From Lama glama (lineage: Eukaryota): 64,000 bases of DNA. The DNA lies in assembly GCA_028534125.1 (NCBI GenBank), contig CM052816.1, positions 48,300,001 through 48,364,000 of the forward strand, written 5' to 3'. Below, one piece after another: positions 12,866 to 28,129 of this stretch. The notes below the pieces were generated by a model. It did no database searches. It saw only the letters and a list, made by a program, of their open reading frames with translations, and had not been told where the DNA came from. Position numbers and translations under genes: made by a program. Positions within the stretch are counted from its first letter, which is position 1, and each line of letters opens with the position of its first letter.

Positions 12866-15419
12866 CATTAGTTTGGAAGAAAATATCGCACTGTTATAAG
12901 CAATTAGTTTTTCTGCAGACAATGACTCCTGTTAGTATACTTATTCAAAGTTGAGGACTATTTTCATTTTACTCTGGAGTGAGAAGCAAAAGAAATTATC
13001 CGAACTGACTATTCAGTGGAAACAAATGCATAGAATCTACAAGGTGAACCACCTAATAATGAATCCACATAAAAATAAAATTCATATGCATACACTGGAA
13101 GATAATTACAACCATAAAATATTTCAAGTTATTAAGAATTCATACTGACATTCAATTTAATAATATTCTTTTATAAACTTTTTGGGCAATTTATGCTTTA
13201 ACTCAATTAGTATGTACATGTATATGCATTGCAAAATGCTTTTGACTGAGTGTAAAAAAGTTTCATATGCTATGCTATTTTTCAACTGGTGAAATCACCC
13301 TCTAATTTACTTAAAATAATAATGGCTTTGTTGAGAAAATATACATACACTTATTAATTAAAATTAGTTGCATCTGCATGCCAATGTTTAACTTTCTGTT
13401 TGTCTTCTAGAAAGTATGAGTTTTATTTGTTTTTCTTATTTCACATCAATAAATTATACTTGCCCTATTAGAGTTATAAAATTTAATTACATAAATATTA
13501 TATATCAAAGATTATAATTATAAAACGCATATGCTTTGGTAATAATATTTAAAGCCATTAAATTCACTTGGTGTTTTGGCATTATGTTATGACTCAGTGG
13601 TAAGGCACAGTCTCTTTTCTACATTACAGAGGATGCAGGAAAAAGTCCACATGCAACAACTAACCCTCAGCAGAGGTGACTGATACCAGAAGCACATATT
13701 CTAGTTAAGCTGTTGAGTTCTCTTGGCCAGGCAAACTCAGTGACAGTATAACCTTCATTCTCCATCACTGTTCAGAATTAAAACACACTAGAACTAAGAC
13801 AAGGGCATCCTGGATACCCGTTTACAGTGACTCCAGCTAACAGTTTGTGTTTGGATTAAATCTTCAGTTCATAAATGAAGACAAATAAAAGCAAGGATCA
13901 TCTAGTCCTTTAGGTGGTTCAGTGAAGAGCTACTTAGACAAGCAGCTGAAATGTAGCAGACAGAAGCATGAAAAAAAAAAATCTACTCCCTACAAGAGGC
14001 TTTGACCTAGAGACGAAAGTACATATACTAATCCTTACTCTGAAGCACTCTGATTCAGTCCTGACTGTCAGTGAAAAACAACTGGGAAGCAATGCAGGAG
14101 ACAAGAAATCATGACTCAACTGAAGGATCCCAAGTCACAGAGAACCATTTCATCAAAGTTCTGCTGAGAGCAAGGTTCCTACGGCTGTTGACTGGAGTTT
14201 CTGCATCTATTCAGATTGCCTCAGACACTGGTAGGAGGTAGGAACTGACCTAGCTATGCACAGTGGGGGACTGAAGAGCTGAGAACCGGAAGGGAAAACT
14301 GAGAAAAATATTTCACAGTTGGATCGGCACTTTTTCAGTTGACAGTTGAAACCTTAACATCTTCCAAAACAGAAAACATCCTTTGCATATATTCCATTAT
14401 ATAAATGAGCACACAGGTAATATGATCGTTTCTAGGTAAGCCAATATATTTAAGCAGAAGAATGATTTTTCATTGCAGTTTACAAGAGACTAAATAACAG
14501 TTATGGACACTTAAATGACGATCTATCCTTATAAAACAATGATCAGTAACACTAATGGAACTCTGTGAGTACTGCCTTGTGCATCTACAGAACACCTACT
14601 GATTTGTTAATAATTGTCATATAGCAACATGGAATACCTTGAACCAATGACTTGAGGACGCTAACAGATTAAAATAAGCCCCTGCTTATAGCATACATTT
14701 CCAAGGGCTAAGGGGAGACTGAATTTTCATGAACACATCTCAAAGGGATAGTTTTTCCAGAATATCAGTTTCGTATATATTGTGTAAATTAAGATACCCA
14801 TGTAAAACAATATGTGTTTGTAGTGTGTTATAGCTAAACAGTATAGTTTCAAATATTTTGGTTGAATTGGTCAGTAACACTAATCAGAAAACTAGAATCA
14901 TGATAGAGAGGAAGACTGGTGGAATTATCTATCTAATTGGTTTGGTAAAAGGAGCTGAATCTTTTTTTTCCATATTAGATGTTTCTATAATGATCACATA
15001 CAGATATTTTATCCTATTCAAAAATAATCTAAATTGTATTAATAAGATGGAAACAAAATTTGGTTCCTATTATAACTGCAGTTTAAGGATTTTATTTTCT
15101 GAATTAATGTTTCTCATATATGCTGACATTTTAAAAAGTCTACCAAATATCAGTATCCATTTTATATATCCATTTACCTATCTGTTTCTGTGTCTAATTC
15201 TCTATCTTTTCAACAAACAGAAACACCTAGCTTTAAATTTTCTTGACAGTAGGAACTTTTTATTATTAACATCATGAATTACTATACTATCTTGCCTAAT
15301 ATCTTAAGAAATTAATTGCTATATAAAATTTTGTTGGTATTTAAATTGATCTAGAATAGCAAAAAATGGAGAGTTGTGATTTACTTAACTCTAAGCACAA
15401 CCTATATGGTTATTTGCAA

Positions 15420-15680
15420 CGTTTCTAAGCAATTGGTATTTTCCAGGTACTTTACTAACCACTTACATAACTCATCTTATTTTCTTTCACAGCAACTCTG
15501 TACTTAATAATAGTACCAAGTTTCTAAAGTACCAAGAATATTTATACTAAATATGATAATCAACATTTTGCAAATGAGAAAATGTAGGCACAGAAATATT
15601 TTGAATGGTTGTTTTTGTACAGCTACTGTTACATTTCGGACTTTAACTCAGGCAATTTGACTCTGGAGCCCATTCATATA
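15420..15680 (-). mobile_element. MIR SINE
   Basis: 'cattttgcaaatgagaaaatgtaggcacagaa...tttaactcaggcaatttgactctggagccc'. Confidence 0.7.
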
Positions 15681-18279
15681 ATGATCATAATATACCTCTG
15701 GGTTTGATATTAAAACCTAGATTTTATACTAAAACAGAGAATAAGTAAAATTAAATTCAATTTATTTATAACTACATATGAAAATATTCTAAGTGAAGTA
15801 CCATAAATATCAAATATCATACTATCTTTTAACCATAATACTCTTTACTTCAATATTATAACCACTATTAATAGTTATAAATTTAGAAATACAATTTAAA
15901 CAATAAGTATACATACAGTGTCAATATTATAAAAATGAAAATTGATAATATTGACAGTAAAAATTGAAGCATAGCTGCAAAACTTCAACTTCTATTTAAT
16001 TATCCAATTCTCTCCAATTAAACATATGATTCCTTTTCGGTCATTTCAAAAGACTGATCAAACCTTCTAATATGGTTCCTTCATAGAATTCTTTATCACA
16101 AGCAATTTGAAGGGGCACCTTGATCTGCCATTGCTACCAGTACTTGCCACAATAAATTGTAAAGAACCCCATTTATTCTCAACGACTCATAAGATCCTAC
16201 ATGAAAAATGACCTATGCCACTTGCATCTTCAGCCTTTCTCTTCATAAAAGTTGAAATCTATTCCTCTGTCCAGTTGGAGGAGAAAAGTATTCTGAGTTC
16301 TCTCTTTCCCTTCTAATATTTTAAAATATCAAACCTTCTTTTCATTCTTCAAACAAGTACCTCATCCCTTAGAAAGAGTCATAACCAGTCACTATCTTTT
16401 AGAAGATCACAAATAAGTATCCTTCATATTACAGACACTGATGTGTGAAAACCATCTGGGATATTAGAAGTCTTGGCTTGTAAACATGACATATCTTCTA
16501 AACTGGTAACTTAACTAATCAATGTGAAACTAATGTATCTCATTGACTGTTGGAATCACTGTTACATAGGTGCTAACTGGCTTTGAGTAGGAGAAAACCA
16601 GTTCTCTGAGTATGTCACATTAAGGCAAGGAATATAAAAAGACAAAAAGTGGAGAACTATATCATATAATCTATAAATATATCTATAACCTCATATACAT
16701 GTTATACTATTATATAAAATATATTATATAATGAACATATATATATATGTATATTTTAGAGGTTATCTAATAGTCAATTTTAGAGTTGTAAAGGTAAATG
16801 TATTTTCAAACATACAGTAGGAAGTAATCTGAAGTAGAGATTTTAATTTAGACAGCCAGTTTATTCACATTTCTATTTCATCACAACGCTTTAAAAATTT
16901 ATCTTAATTTCTTGCTTATTTTGTAGATCCATTGAGAATTTGGAATCAATCAATTAAGCAGTTACTTCCATTTTAAAAGTTCAGTGGTGGTGTAAGTAAG
17001 ATACCACATGTCATTTGCAATTTTTAAAAGATAATCCATTTAACAAGATGTCCAAGAACTCCTACAGTTGATTCTCTTGGATGTTTTCACAGGGTGACGA
17101 TTTCTCTTGTCCCTGTAGTTAGAAAAACCCTGAAATGCAACTTTCCTAATATAATATAAAAATAATAGCTATGAACCCTACCACATAGTCAGTGGCATAT
17201 CTTATAAATAATACCATATTAGATTTGTATATTAATGGTCAACATGTTCTGTATGCTAGGAAAGCAGCAGAAATTGAACAGATATACTCAATTCAAAACT
17301 TGGTAAGATCTGCATATATTTGTTACTTTCCATATTTTTAAACATTTATTTCAGTTTGGTAATAATGGCAAAAAGGAAAATCCAGCTTAAAATGCACGTA
17401 TCCTGTTTGCTACCTTGCTACCTTTATCTATCATCCATCTATATCTCTATTTGTCTGTCTACTTATCAGTAATTGATAATCCCAATTCTAGGACGTCAGA
17501 GTTGAGAGGTAAGATGCAGGATAAGGGTAACTTCTCAAGCAAAGTCCCAGAAGAGGTAGTGAGAAAATCAAGACGTTAGGTACTGAAGGTTTTTTTGGAG
17601 CAAGTATGTGAGTTCTTTAGAGGCAAATGGGACAAAGGATATACAAAACAGATATTTCCCCCAGTGGAGGATAACTGATGATCTTGTTATATTTGTGAAG
17701 TGATCTTGCTGACAGTAGGGTTGAGGGAATGGGCAGAGAGGCAGTGGTTTGAAACTTTATTATAAAACATGAGATGCTGACATAGTAGTGCCATAATATG
17801 TGAGTGATTAATATTAGTGTGATCATTAAAATGCACATTTTTCATTTTTTGAAAATGTTTGACATAGAGTGCCTTTGGGAACTTAAAATGTCATGCCCCC
17901 AGTTCCTCTAACTCATTTTTAAAGACAATGACACTGAATGGAGTAAGGTCTCATTTCAATCTTAAGTTGCTAAAGTATTAAGAATATTTTGGAAGTGTTT
18001 AGGAAAAACAACAATAAAAAAACTCTTGAAAACAAGAAGTAAATATAAAAGTTAACAGTTATGAGGATGACTCATATTATTTGTCATGTATAATTCCTCT
18101 TAAGTAACAATAAATTTGGACATGAACTTATATGATTAAGAAAATGCTGATATAATATAAATCATAAATCTATAAAGCCATGCTGAAAGACTTGAAAGAC
18201 ATGAATTCACTGTACTTATAATAGAAAAGTAGTATTTGAGCTGATTAAAGAATGGTTAAGAGGGCAGTAGGGCCCTCAC

Positions 18280-18380
18280 TATTCTATAAGCTCCATGAGT
18301 GAAAGATGATCTGACCTTGTCAACAAGTATATCCCACCCCATAAAGTCCAGGACATGGTAAGTTTCAGTGAATACTGACC
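18280..18380 (+). mobile_element. LINE2 3' end
   Basis: 'tataagctccatgagtgaaag...ccaggacatggtaagtttcagtgaatactga'. Confidence 0.5.
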
Positions 18381-20742
18381 TTAGAAATACCATTTTTTCC
18401 TAGGCATTTTCACAGCGACTATTTTGTAAGTTTTAATACTATTCATTCATTAAGTTTCATTCTATTACAGAGGATGCTCATTGATAGATACTGTAAGCTT
18501 CCAGAAAGGGACCTACGAAAAACATCAAAAGCATTTTGGCTCAATGATTTCTCAATAATTCAATGTTTTTGTTAGTAAGCACAGCCATCTGGGACTACAG
18601 TACTTTTGACCATGATACTCTTGAACAGCTACATGTATGAAATATAGTCCTGAGAAACAGGACAAACTAGATACTGAATTGGCATTTCACTGCAGGGAAA
18701 CTGTAGAAATGTCAGGACTTCAAGGAGTCACAAAGTAAACATGGCAGTGCCCATGAATCTGCCATATCTACTGTCAGACCATATGGCTGGAGAATGGATA
18801 CCTACTTTCAGAACATGTCTTAGCTTCAAAACAATTGATGGCTTTTACTAGTTTAATTAAAAGGTTCAGGAAAGTTTGGGATAAGTAGAATGAAGGGAGT
18901 CTTCACATCATTACCTTAAAGCAGGGCTTAAAGAAGATGTTTCATCCATAATCAATCCTTTGTTAATGTTAAACATTATATATTTTTGAAACATTGCTGT
19001 TAGGATTTAGGGGGTATGCACAAAATTGTTGTAAAACAACAAAAAAGTGTTTGGACACTATACAGCATTATTTGTGTCCCTTATTACATTTTAATGTGAA
19101 CTTTTTTTTTAGCATCATGTCATTGTTAACTCATTTGTATTCATTGTAATAACACTAGTCATAATGAATTCATTTGGAATTAATGTGGATGTCACACATA
19201 ATTCCCTAAGAATTCCACAGAAATTCAATGTTAATTTAATGCACTATTCAAATAAAGTGTAACTGTTTTAAATCATATAATAATGCCATTCTATGGAGTT
19301 ATAAAGATTGTAACAGTATAGATTTTCTCCAGAGAGATGTGATAATCTCAGAAGTGGCGTTTCTCTGCTTCCATAAGCAGCGTAACATCCATGATCTCAA
19401 TTTACTAGTAGCTCTCTCAATGACTCGTAGTGTCCTCCGTTGGGTTTTGGCTCAGCTATTCAGCATGAAAATTACATCAGATTAAGGATACAGTCTCAGA
19501 GTGAACTATTGGTTATTTTTGTGGTCTTCTCAGTGGTTTACTGTTATTTATGTGGCTTACTTTACAAGGATAAGTGGTATAAATTCACTTGTCATTAGCA
19601 ATACAGTAGTCCAAACTATCAACATCTTTAACATTTTTTGAAGTAAAAGAAAATAGAAGCCACTACTGTTTAAGCAAAGCTAATACTGACTATTCATCTA
19701 TTTACTCATCTCTTAATTTTGAGTGGACAGTAATGTTTAGAAGGGCAAGCTGCTTAGAAGAGAAGAAGACAGTAAGATTTGCTAGCAAAAATAAAATAGC
19801 TTAAGTTAGTAAACTTAGGAACAAGTATAGAGATTTATAAGGAGAGACAGACTAGAGTGAGGGAGAAAGAGAGAGGATAGGGAAAAGATAAGAATCCAGT
19901 TTACTTACAGAATGTTTTGTATTCTATCATCTGTGTGAGTTGGGTATCTACAAATATGCTAGAGTTTGGAAAAAGAGAATTAACTTTTCAGTAAAGGCTA
20001 AATAACATATGATCCATTATCACTTGCTCAGGTGTCAGAGTCCTTGCTTTATGATGTTTTTATGGTGATAAAAATCACAAGCAAATGAAGTTTCCTCCCT
20101 AGTCTATCAGGTGTCCACACCCTTGATGGGAATAAGCAGAGGTTTGTGCAACAAAAGATGAAATACAAGACTATATGCTCAAGAGATTTTGGAGGTACAA
20201 AGCATCTCTAATGCTTCTCTCAATGTTTAATTCACACCCAGCTTCAATAAATCAGTAATTTGCATATCCATATGGTCTCACATATTTTTCCCAGTAACAA
20301 TGGAATATGAGATTTCAATTTAAATATTTCAAGTTGGTGATGAAGCATGCTGATGAGAATGTGTGATAGCAGTGTAAATAATAAAAAATGGTATGGAATA
20401 GGTCTACAAAATTCACACAGTGTAGGATCAATTTCATAAATAAAGTTAATGCTACTAATAATCTAACAAGCTCCTTTCTCCAACTTTTCCATGAAGACTC
20501 TCTAATTGTAGAAAGTGGGATATCTCAAAGCACAGAACACAAAGCTTTTGTCAAAATGCACACAACACAACTAAAAGATCTAAAATTCATATAAATCTTG
20601 TCTCTATACAAATCCATATTAATTTTAAAATAGCATCTGGGGAAAAATCTTGCTGGTTGCTCTTGGGAAAAATTCTGATAACTGTAATTTTTTACCAAAA
20701 AGTCAACTCAGAGCTGGAATAACACAACAATTATTTATTTTT

Positions 20743-20746
20743 ATAT

Positions 20747-20778
<32 letters not shown>

Positions 20779-20837
20779 CCATACATACACACATATATAC
20801 ATATATATACATATACATACATATATACATATACACA
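20743..20837. repeat. Compound (CA)n/(TA)n microsatellite
   Basis: Directly visible. Confidence 0.95.
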
Positions 20838-20950
20838 TTTTTTTAATTTAAGTATAGTTAGTTTACAATGTTGTGTCAGTTTCTGGTGTATAGCATAATG
20901 CTTCAATCATACATGAACATACATATATTCATTTTCATATTTTTTTCACA
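20838..20950 (-). mobile_element. Short young L1 3' tail (camelid/cetartiodactyl style)
   Basis: poly(T) then 'aagtatagttagtttacaatgttgtgtcagtttctggtgtatagcataatg'. Confidence 0.8.
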
Positions 20951-22034
20951 GCAAATTTTTAGGGTCTCATTTACTACTGATTGGTCCCTTTTACTGTCTT
21001 AAAATAGTTAATGAATATCTTTTTTCACAAAGAGGTGTGATCTCACATTCTTACTATTACTAAATTATACTACTGCAAATTTTACCCAAGTAATTGTAAT
21101 AGTGTTTCTAAGAAAAATTCGTCTAATTTTCAAACACTTTTTCACCTAATAATATTGACAAGTGTCATTAAACAGTAAAAATTCTGTCTTGAGGTTGTGA
21201 CAGACAGGTGAGTGATTAAAATTATTTGCTAAACAAACTAAATTACAAATCATTTTTAAATTGTTAAGGAAAATGGTGAATCCACCCCCTTTTTCCATGT
21301 TTGAAATTTTTATTATAATATTTTAATTTCTTCACAAGAAAGAAAAAAAAACACAACTTTAAGTTTGAAAATCTTAACCATAATTACCATCCCCATGCTC
21401 AGCAAAAAGAATCTACTACTGAAAAGAGATGGAGATTTTCAAAGTTACACTCTGTTGAATACCAAATCTGTATTTTAAAAATAAGTATTTAAATGGAAAA
21501 ACCCACATTTTTTCTAGTTTATTACATTTTTATAATGATTAATACATGATAAGCAATACAAGCATACCCTTTGGAACAACAGCAGTTGACAGTGCTTTCT
21601 GTGCTCATTGCTTGGATTTTGCGTATAAGATTGATTTTTAATTGTGATTAATCAAAACTTTTTTCCTTAACTTTTACTCCCAGAAGATAGAATAAATATA
21701 TTACTCACTTTCCATATTCCTTTCATTAACTATAACTAAAGTCGGTAGGAATCATGTATGAAACAAAGCACAGGACTTTGAAATATGGAGCACAGAAGGC
21801 AGACTGTCAAGGAATGACACAGTGGTGAGTTGTCTGGGTTTTCTTTACACCTCGTATATCTCAGAGATAGAGAAGAAGAAGCTGACAACAGAAACACCAA
21901 CACTGTCAACAAAATTACCCCAGCAAAAGCTTGCTAACTCTAGAAACAACCCAGATTTCTTCAAAATCTGCGCTGAGTGGTTAAATGAACTGGAAAAAAC
22001 AAACAAACAAACAAACAAAAAAACCCCAACACCA

Positions 22035-22233
22035 CATGAATTGTAACTCAGCAGGAAAAAGAAAGAAACTATTGATAAAACGCAACAACCTGGATGGACC
22101 TCTTATGCTGAGTGAAAAATCTAACCCTAAAAAGTCATTTATAGTTTGATTCTGTTTGTGTAACATACTTTGAATGACTAAACTATAGAAATGGTTGCCA
22201 GAGATTAAGGAGGGCCTGAGGACTAGAGGGACC

Positions 22234-22278
<45 letters not shown>

Positions 22279-22500
22279 TGCATGCATGTGGCTGTGGCTA
22301 TAAAGAGAGGGATCCTTGTGGTAATGGAAATGTTCCACTTAACTATATCAATGTCAATATCCTGGTTGTGACAATGTACTATAGTTGGCAAGATGATTTC
22401 ATTGAAGGAAAGTGGGTAAAGGGTCCATGGAATCTCTATCACTCCTTTTAAAACTGCATGTGAATCTTTAATTACCTCAAAATAAAAAGCTTAATTAAAA
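22035..22500 (+). mobile_element. L1MD-type 3' end containing (TG)n at ~22236-22275
   Basis: 'caacaacctggatggacctc...atcaatgtcaatatcctggttgtgac...aactgcatgtgaatctttaattacctcaaaataaaaag'. Confidence 0.8.
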
Positions 22501-23759
22501 GATTCTTCATTGTGTGCTTGTCAGATTGATTGATCCTACTACTGATTCATTCGTAATATTTAGAATTTGCACATTGCTTCCTATCTAAAGGCTCAGGAAA
22601 AACATGTTATCTACAACAAAAATTGATGATTACGGGTTATTCTGATAACTTCTTATTATACTTTGTAATTTGCATTTTTCATGCTCATATTTCAAACTTT
22701 CTATTTTAAAAGTTACCAAATTCCTGGGAAAATATATAACTAATTATTAATATTTTTTAAAAGTTAAAAAAGTTATCAGTTAACGTTGCTGTATTATGGA
22801 ATGTAATCTGGAATTCTATAGCTGCAATTTTACATTTAAATCTAAAATAATTGTAATAAATTGTTGATTTGTGTGAAAGTGGTGTGTGTGTGTGTGTGTG
22901 TATGGGAGAGAGAGAATTAGTTAGTAGGGGAAACAATACATGCATATATATGGTGTCAAGCCCTCCTTAAAGAAAAAAAAAAGTTTTGTTCTTTAAAGTG
23001 TTTTTGATTTGTGGCATGCTGACTACCAGCAAAGAAACTAGACATTCTAGCTTGTTGCTCTGGTTAGATTAGGACTTTTTATGAGGCCTCTGGGATTAGC
23101 ACCCTTATGTCAACAGTTACAGACCTTGTTCACTAGAATCGAGTTGTAATATTAATGTCCAAATTACAAAAACATAAAACAAAAAAACACTAACTTTTCA
23201 AGAACTTCATCTCATAAAAAACTACTCATAAAAAATTCAGTTTTCCCTAGCAACCTGATGCATATTGACTGATAATTTTGCATTGACTGTGATTGATGAA
23301 ATCTTATGAAACCATAAAATTTGCACACTTTCTTCCTTGAAACTCTAAGTAATTTTGATTCTCTTCGAGAAGATAATCCATGTTTTATCTTGTGGTTTTG
23401 ATTATTCCCTGACTCAAAAACTTTAGCTCCCTCAAGCACAAGTAATTCCATTTAAGAACATGGGAAATGTTTTGATTTCTATTTCTGTTAGTGGTAGTGA
23501 ATTTAGCTAGATTCCTTCTGTACTGGTTTAACTTGGTCATTTTTATAATGAATGTGGTTACAATAAATAGGCAACCAGAATAAATCCGGCTAAATTGTAG
23601 ATAGAGGGTTACAGTTTATACTACTTAATCTATTATGTAATTAAACCATATTGATGAGTAGGCCGTAAGAGACAAGTTGGCTTCTTTTCCCTGGCTTGAT
23701 GCTGCCTGCATAGCTACATAACTAGATGGTTCTTGAGGAAATGGCAAAGGAGAATAATG

Positions 23760-23970
23760 ACCACATATGTTTGAGGATGTTGTACATGACAACAATCTGC
23801 ACAAAGATGACCTACTGAAAAGTATGAAACCCAGGTTTCTCTCTACTCTCCAATGAACTCTGGCAGTACTATATTAGGCCTGAAGGAAGCAGCACTTCAT
23901 CTGTCTTCCAGAGAGCTCACCTTTTTCTAATTGGCACAAAGGTTCATTCTGTGTTATCCTTGTGTCCTAG
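23760..23970. mobile_element. hAT-Tip100 remnant (MER91-like)
   Basis: 'accttttctaattggcacaaagg'-type terminal region and 'ctgcacaaagatg'. Confidence 0.4.
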
Positions 23971-24440
23971 TGGTGACCAATAAAATTTACTTAACAAATA
24001 ATCACTGAGTTCCAACATTATATCATTAGCCTGCATACACTGAGTATAAAAATAAATGATACAGGATCTGAGAATGTGATCAAATAATTCATAATTTACT
24101 TTAAATGTTGATTTATACTACAAAGACATAACTATAAGTGTACAGAGGAAGAAAAGGAGAAAAATCTGATATACTTCTGGGCACTTAAGTTTTCGTAGAA
24201 TGTAAATACTTTGATAACATATATCAACTGGCATATAAAATTATTCTTCATTTTTCTTTTTAATATACTTTTCTTATTTTTTACTATGATATTTTTTCTC
24301 TTTAGTTTTATACAGCTAAAAATGACATTATTATGGCTATTAGGGCTGATAATTATAAAAATGATAACAATATTATAGTATTCTTAATATTAGAGTATAG
24401 GAAATATTTCATACTCACAAGAACTCTGCAATAATGAGAG

Positions 24441-24917
24441 TGTATGATGGTTAATTTCATGTGTCATGTTGACTGGGTTATGAGATGGCCAAATATTTCA
24501 TTAAACACTATTTCTAGGTATGTCTGTGAGGATGTTTCTGTATGAGATTAGCACTGAATTGGTGGGATGAGTAATGCAGATTTCCCTCCCTAATGTGGGT
24601 AGGTATCATCCCATCCACTGAGGGCCTGAACAGAACAAAAAGAAAAAAGAAAGAAGAAGTCACTTTCTCTGCCTGACTGGTGAGCTAGGATGTTGGTCTT
24701 CTCCTCCCCTTGTACTGGAACTTACATACCATCATCCCTTTGATTCTCAGGCCTTTGGAAATGATGAGAACTTATACCATTGGTTCTCCTGATTCTCGGG
24801 CTTTCAGACTTAGACTGGAACTATATTACCAATTTTTCTAGCCTATAGATGGAAGATTGTGGGACTTCTCAGCCTCCATAATTGTGTTCTGTTTGTCTGG
24901 AGAACCGGACTAATACA
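24441..24917 (+). mobile_element. ERVL solo LTR (MLT2-type)
   Basis: 'tgtatgatggttaatttcatgtgtca...ctggagaaccggactaataca'; TG...CA ends; 5-bp TSD-like gagag / gagtg. Confidence 0.9.
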
Positions 24918-27079
24918 GAGTGTAAATATTATTGGAAAATTCATTCATATAAATAATTATTCCTCTCAAAACTGGCTGACATAAATAAGTAGTATAAGAA
25001 TATAAGTTTCCTTTTAATATGTGAAACTTAGATTTAACAAACTTAAACAGTAAGTTAAATAGAATCTACATGGTATTTTCCCACATAAATGTAAGTCATG
25101 AAATAGCCATGGATAACTGAAAATAAAATGTGCAAGGATTTCTTTTTCCTTTAGAAAAAACTTTAGAGAAAATCATTAATTGGCCATATTTGATTGGCAA
25201 CTTTCTTTATTCTTCTCTAGGTAGTTCAATATTTTTCTGCAGAGTTTAAATGTCATAACTCATAATTTTGAAGAGAAATTTGGAATAAGCTCTAAAATAA
25301 ATGTGATATGTATTGAACATTACAAACATTGTATCTTAAACCAATGTATAGTCACAGGATGCTTTATATTTATGTGTAATAAAACAGTCTGTTTATAGTC
25401 TCTGACAAAACCTATTTTTAATAGTTTTCCCATTTCCAGGCTCTCATGGAATGCACCACTGGTACTTGAAAAATAGAAACCATGTTTAGGTAGCCTATAT
25501 CAGATACAATGGAAATTTCATTCAAAAGGGCTGCCAGGAGAATAGGTGACAAGTTTACTTTTTAACATCTCCAGTTTCAAAATATTTTTTATGCCCTTGT
25601 TCACACTTTAAATAAAATGTCTGCTCAGATTCATCTCTGAAAGAGACAAACACTCACTGAGCCATTAGTGTATACTGCACTTGTGATAGAGAGCCAAAGG
25701 CCAACAGCACTGTTACCAGCATTTTAGTCTCCACACAAATCATTATTAAATACAAGCTTCACTGATAAGAGTCTTGCCACAAATTTAAAATGCATAATTC
25801 CATTTTAAGTGGTCCAATTAAGCCAGATTCAATTATAAAATTACCACAACACAAGTCTTTAAAGTTTAAAAAAATTCAAGAAAGCAATGAACCAGAAAGT
25901 GTTTGTTCTTTTACTTTTAAGAAATTGGTTAAAGTTAATTTTCCTTGCAATGAAAGGGTGTCAGAATTAGGGACAGAAGAGGAAATACAAACTCTCACAG
26001 AAGAAAAATAAATATATATTATATGTGTGTGTGTGTGTGTGTGTGTATAAATTAAAGACCAAGAGTTAAATTCTCAGATGCCACTATCTAAAATAATTAC
26101 TTAACACAAAGGCTATTGGTATGCTTTCTTTCAGAAAGAAATAAACTGAAGTTTAATTTTAAGCAATGAGAATTAAGATTATGGTCATAGATAATTTTTA
26201 TCCTCAAAAAGTCCAAATAAAAAGTTAAATTAAACTAAGGCTTCTTTGGTGTGTACCCTGATATCTAAAAGACATTTGAGCATCTGACTATCCAAGTAGA
26301 AACTCAAAAAAAGTAGCCATGTTAGCTGACTGCCTTTTTATTAATTTTTGCCTTCCAACAATCATGACTCACAGTAAGCAATCATAAAATTAATAAAGAA
26401 AATAAAATGTTAATACTGCCATGTCACTATACTATCATGTCAAAGGCAACAGCATAATCATTTCAAATACGTCCCCTAAGACATTAATGCACATTTCTAT
26501 CACTGTGTTGACTGATACCAGTGTTGCTTCAAAAGACATTTGTCATATTACCAAGTCTCTTATGAGACACTTATTTCCTAAATAACTGCAAACCCTTTGC
26601 CCTGCATCATTAATTTTCCTGGCTAGGTTAGCAATAAACCCTAAAAACAGACTGAGGAAGATGCCCTCTTCCAAATATAAAATTTTACCAGATGAAAGCA
26701 CATAAGATAAAGAAGCTTTTTTTTTCCTGTCTCAAAATTTTGATCACTTATTTTTGTGAGTCAAAAGTTTAATTAAATGTCTAAAATCAGAAGCATACAC
26801 ACATTGAATAATTGCTGTATATACAACTTACTAGGCTCTGAATGTAGTTATATATGGCTAAACCTCAAACGGATGGAAAGGACCGTTTTCTCAAACTCTA
26901 TGAAAGCTGCTACCTAGAATTGTGAAGTGTCTAGATTGAAGAGCCTTAACAAGTGGTCCTGCAATTTATAATTCTATTTAAAAGGTATTCTAAAGCTGAA
27001 GATAATTAGTGCACAAATATGGAAATGCTGTTGAACAGCATACATATGTGCACAGTTAGATGATGGAGAAAGCAACTAA

Positions 27080-27250
27080 CGTTCATTTAAAACTTGTATT
27101 TGACCAGATGCTTCACTTGTATTATCTTATTTAATTTGTACAAGTTAAAGACAAGGACACTGAGAATCCCAGAGGTAAAACAGAAGTAGTAAAGGGTGGA
27201 TATGGATTCAAAGCAGGGTTTGTTTGACTCTAAAGCCAGATTTTCACTGT
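27080..27250 (-). mobile_element. MIR SINE fragment
   Basis: 'acaaggacactgagaatcccagagg...ggattcaaagcagggtttgtttgactctaaagcc'. Confidence 0.65.
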
Positions 27251-28129
27251 GCCTTGTTCTGTTTCACAAATTCTTCAGTCAGTACTGAAAAAAAAAAAAA
27301 AGTTGGACAAGTAGCTAAAGCAATATGAGGATTTTAAGACACAATGGTGTGATTCCTCCTCCTTTATTAGAATAAATAGTTTGTGGTGCAAAACAGTGGG
27401 ATATTCTGCTGGAAAGCTAGTTTGACGATAGAAAAGGATTTCAAATGTTTCAGTAATATGTCTGCATTCTGGCCTTTAAATATGTTTCCCCCATCAAAAA
27501 TGTGTATGAAAATCACTTATTTTAACTTCAATATACATCTAGGGACCCTGGCTAAGACCTCCTAAATCAGAATCTCCTGTACCAATGCTTTAGTTTACAA
27601 ATTATGGAGGAAAAAACAGCAGTGATTTTTCTGGATAGGTACAATTATACTACAAGTCATTAAAAATATATGACTAAGGAATTGACATGATAAAGGAGTA
27701 AAGGACTTGGAGGAGTAACCTGGTGGTAACTGTCTAAAATGCCTTAAAGTGGAGAAGAGAATGGAATCAGAGACTGGTTTGTAATCCAGCCATAAAGTAA
27801 TCTGGGCCTAGAGCATAATTTGCCTATGAAATTGTGAAAGATATTTTTAGTGTTTTCATTCAATAACATGGCACTTGCTTTCAGATACTCAAAGGTGACA
27901 GTGATAGGGAAGTTGTAACCAAACACACAGAATTTATTCCAGAACTGAATGTCCTTTCTGAGTCAATTATTGTGAAATGTTCACAGCTAAAAATTGCTTT
28001 TGCTTTTCTTCCTTGAGCAAATATAATGTGCTAATCAGCCCTTCCCTGTTTCCCACGTTTGTAACACTTCCCACTTCCTTTATTTCTCTTACTGTATTTA
28101 GCACAGTCTCATTGGTTCATTGCCCTTAT

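Noticed and set aside
13610..13690. Pyrimidine tract plus CAG followed by a GT, as a possible host-gene exon
   Set aside because: No recognisable coding content or partner exons; such motifs are common by chance.
14858..15277. 139-aa AT-rich ORF
   Set aside because: Non-ATG start, composition typical of random AT-rich DNA, no known similarity.
21981..22451. ORFs rich in HT or CV repeats (also at 20650-20906 and 63628-63939)
   Set aside because: Translations of (CA)n, (TG)n and (TA)n microsatellites and L1 UTR sequence.
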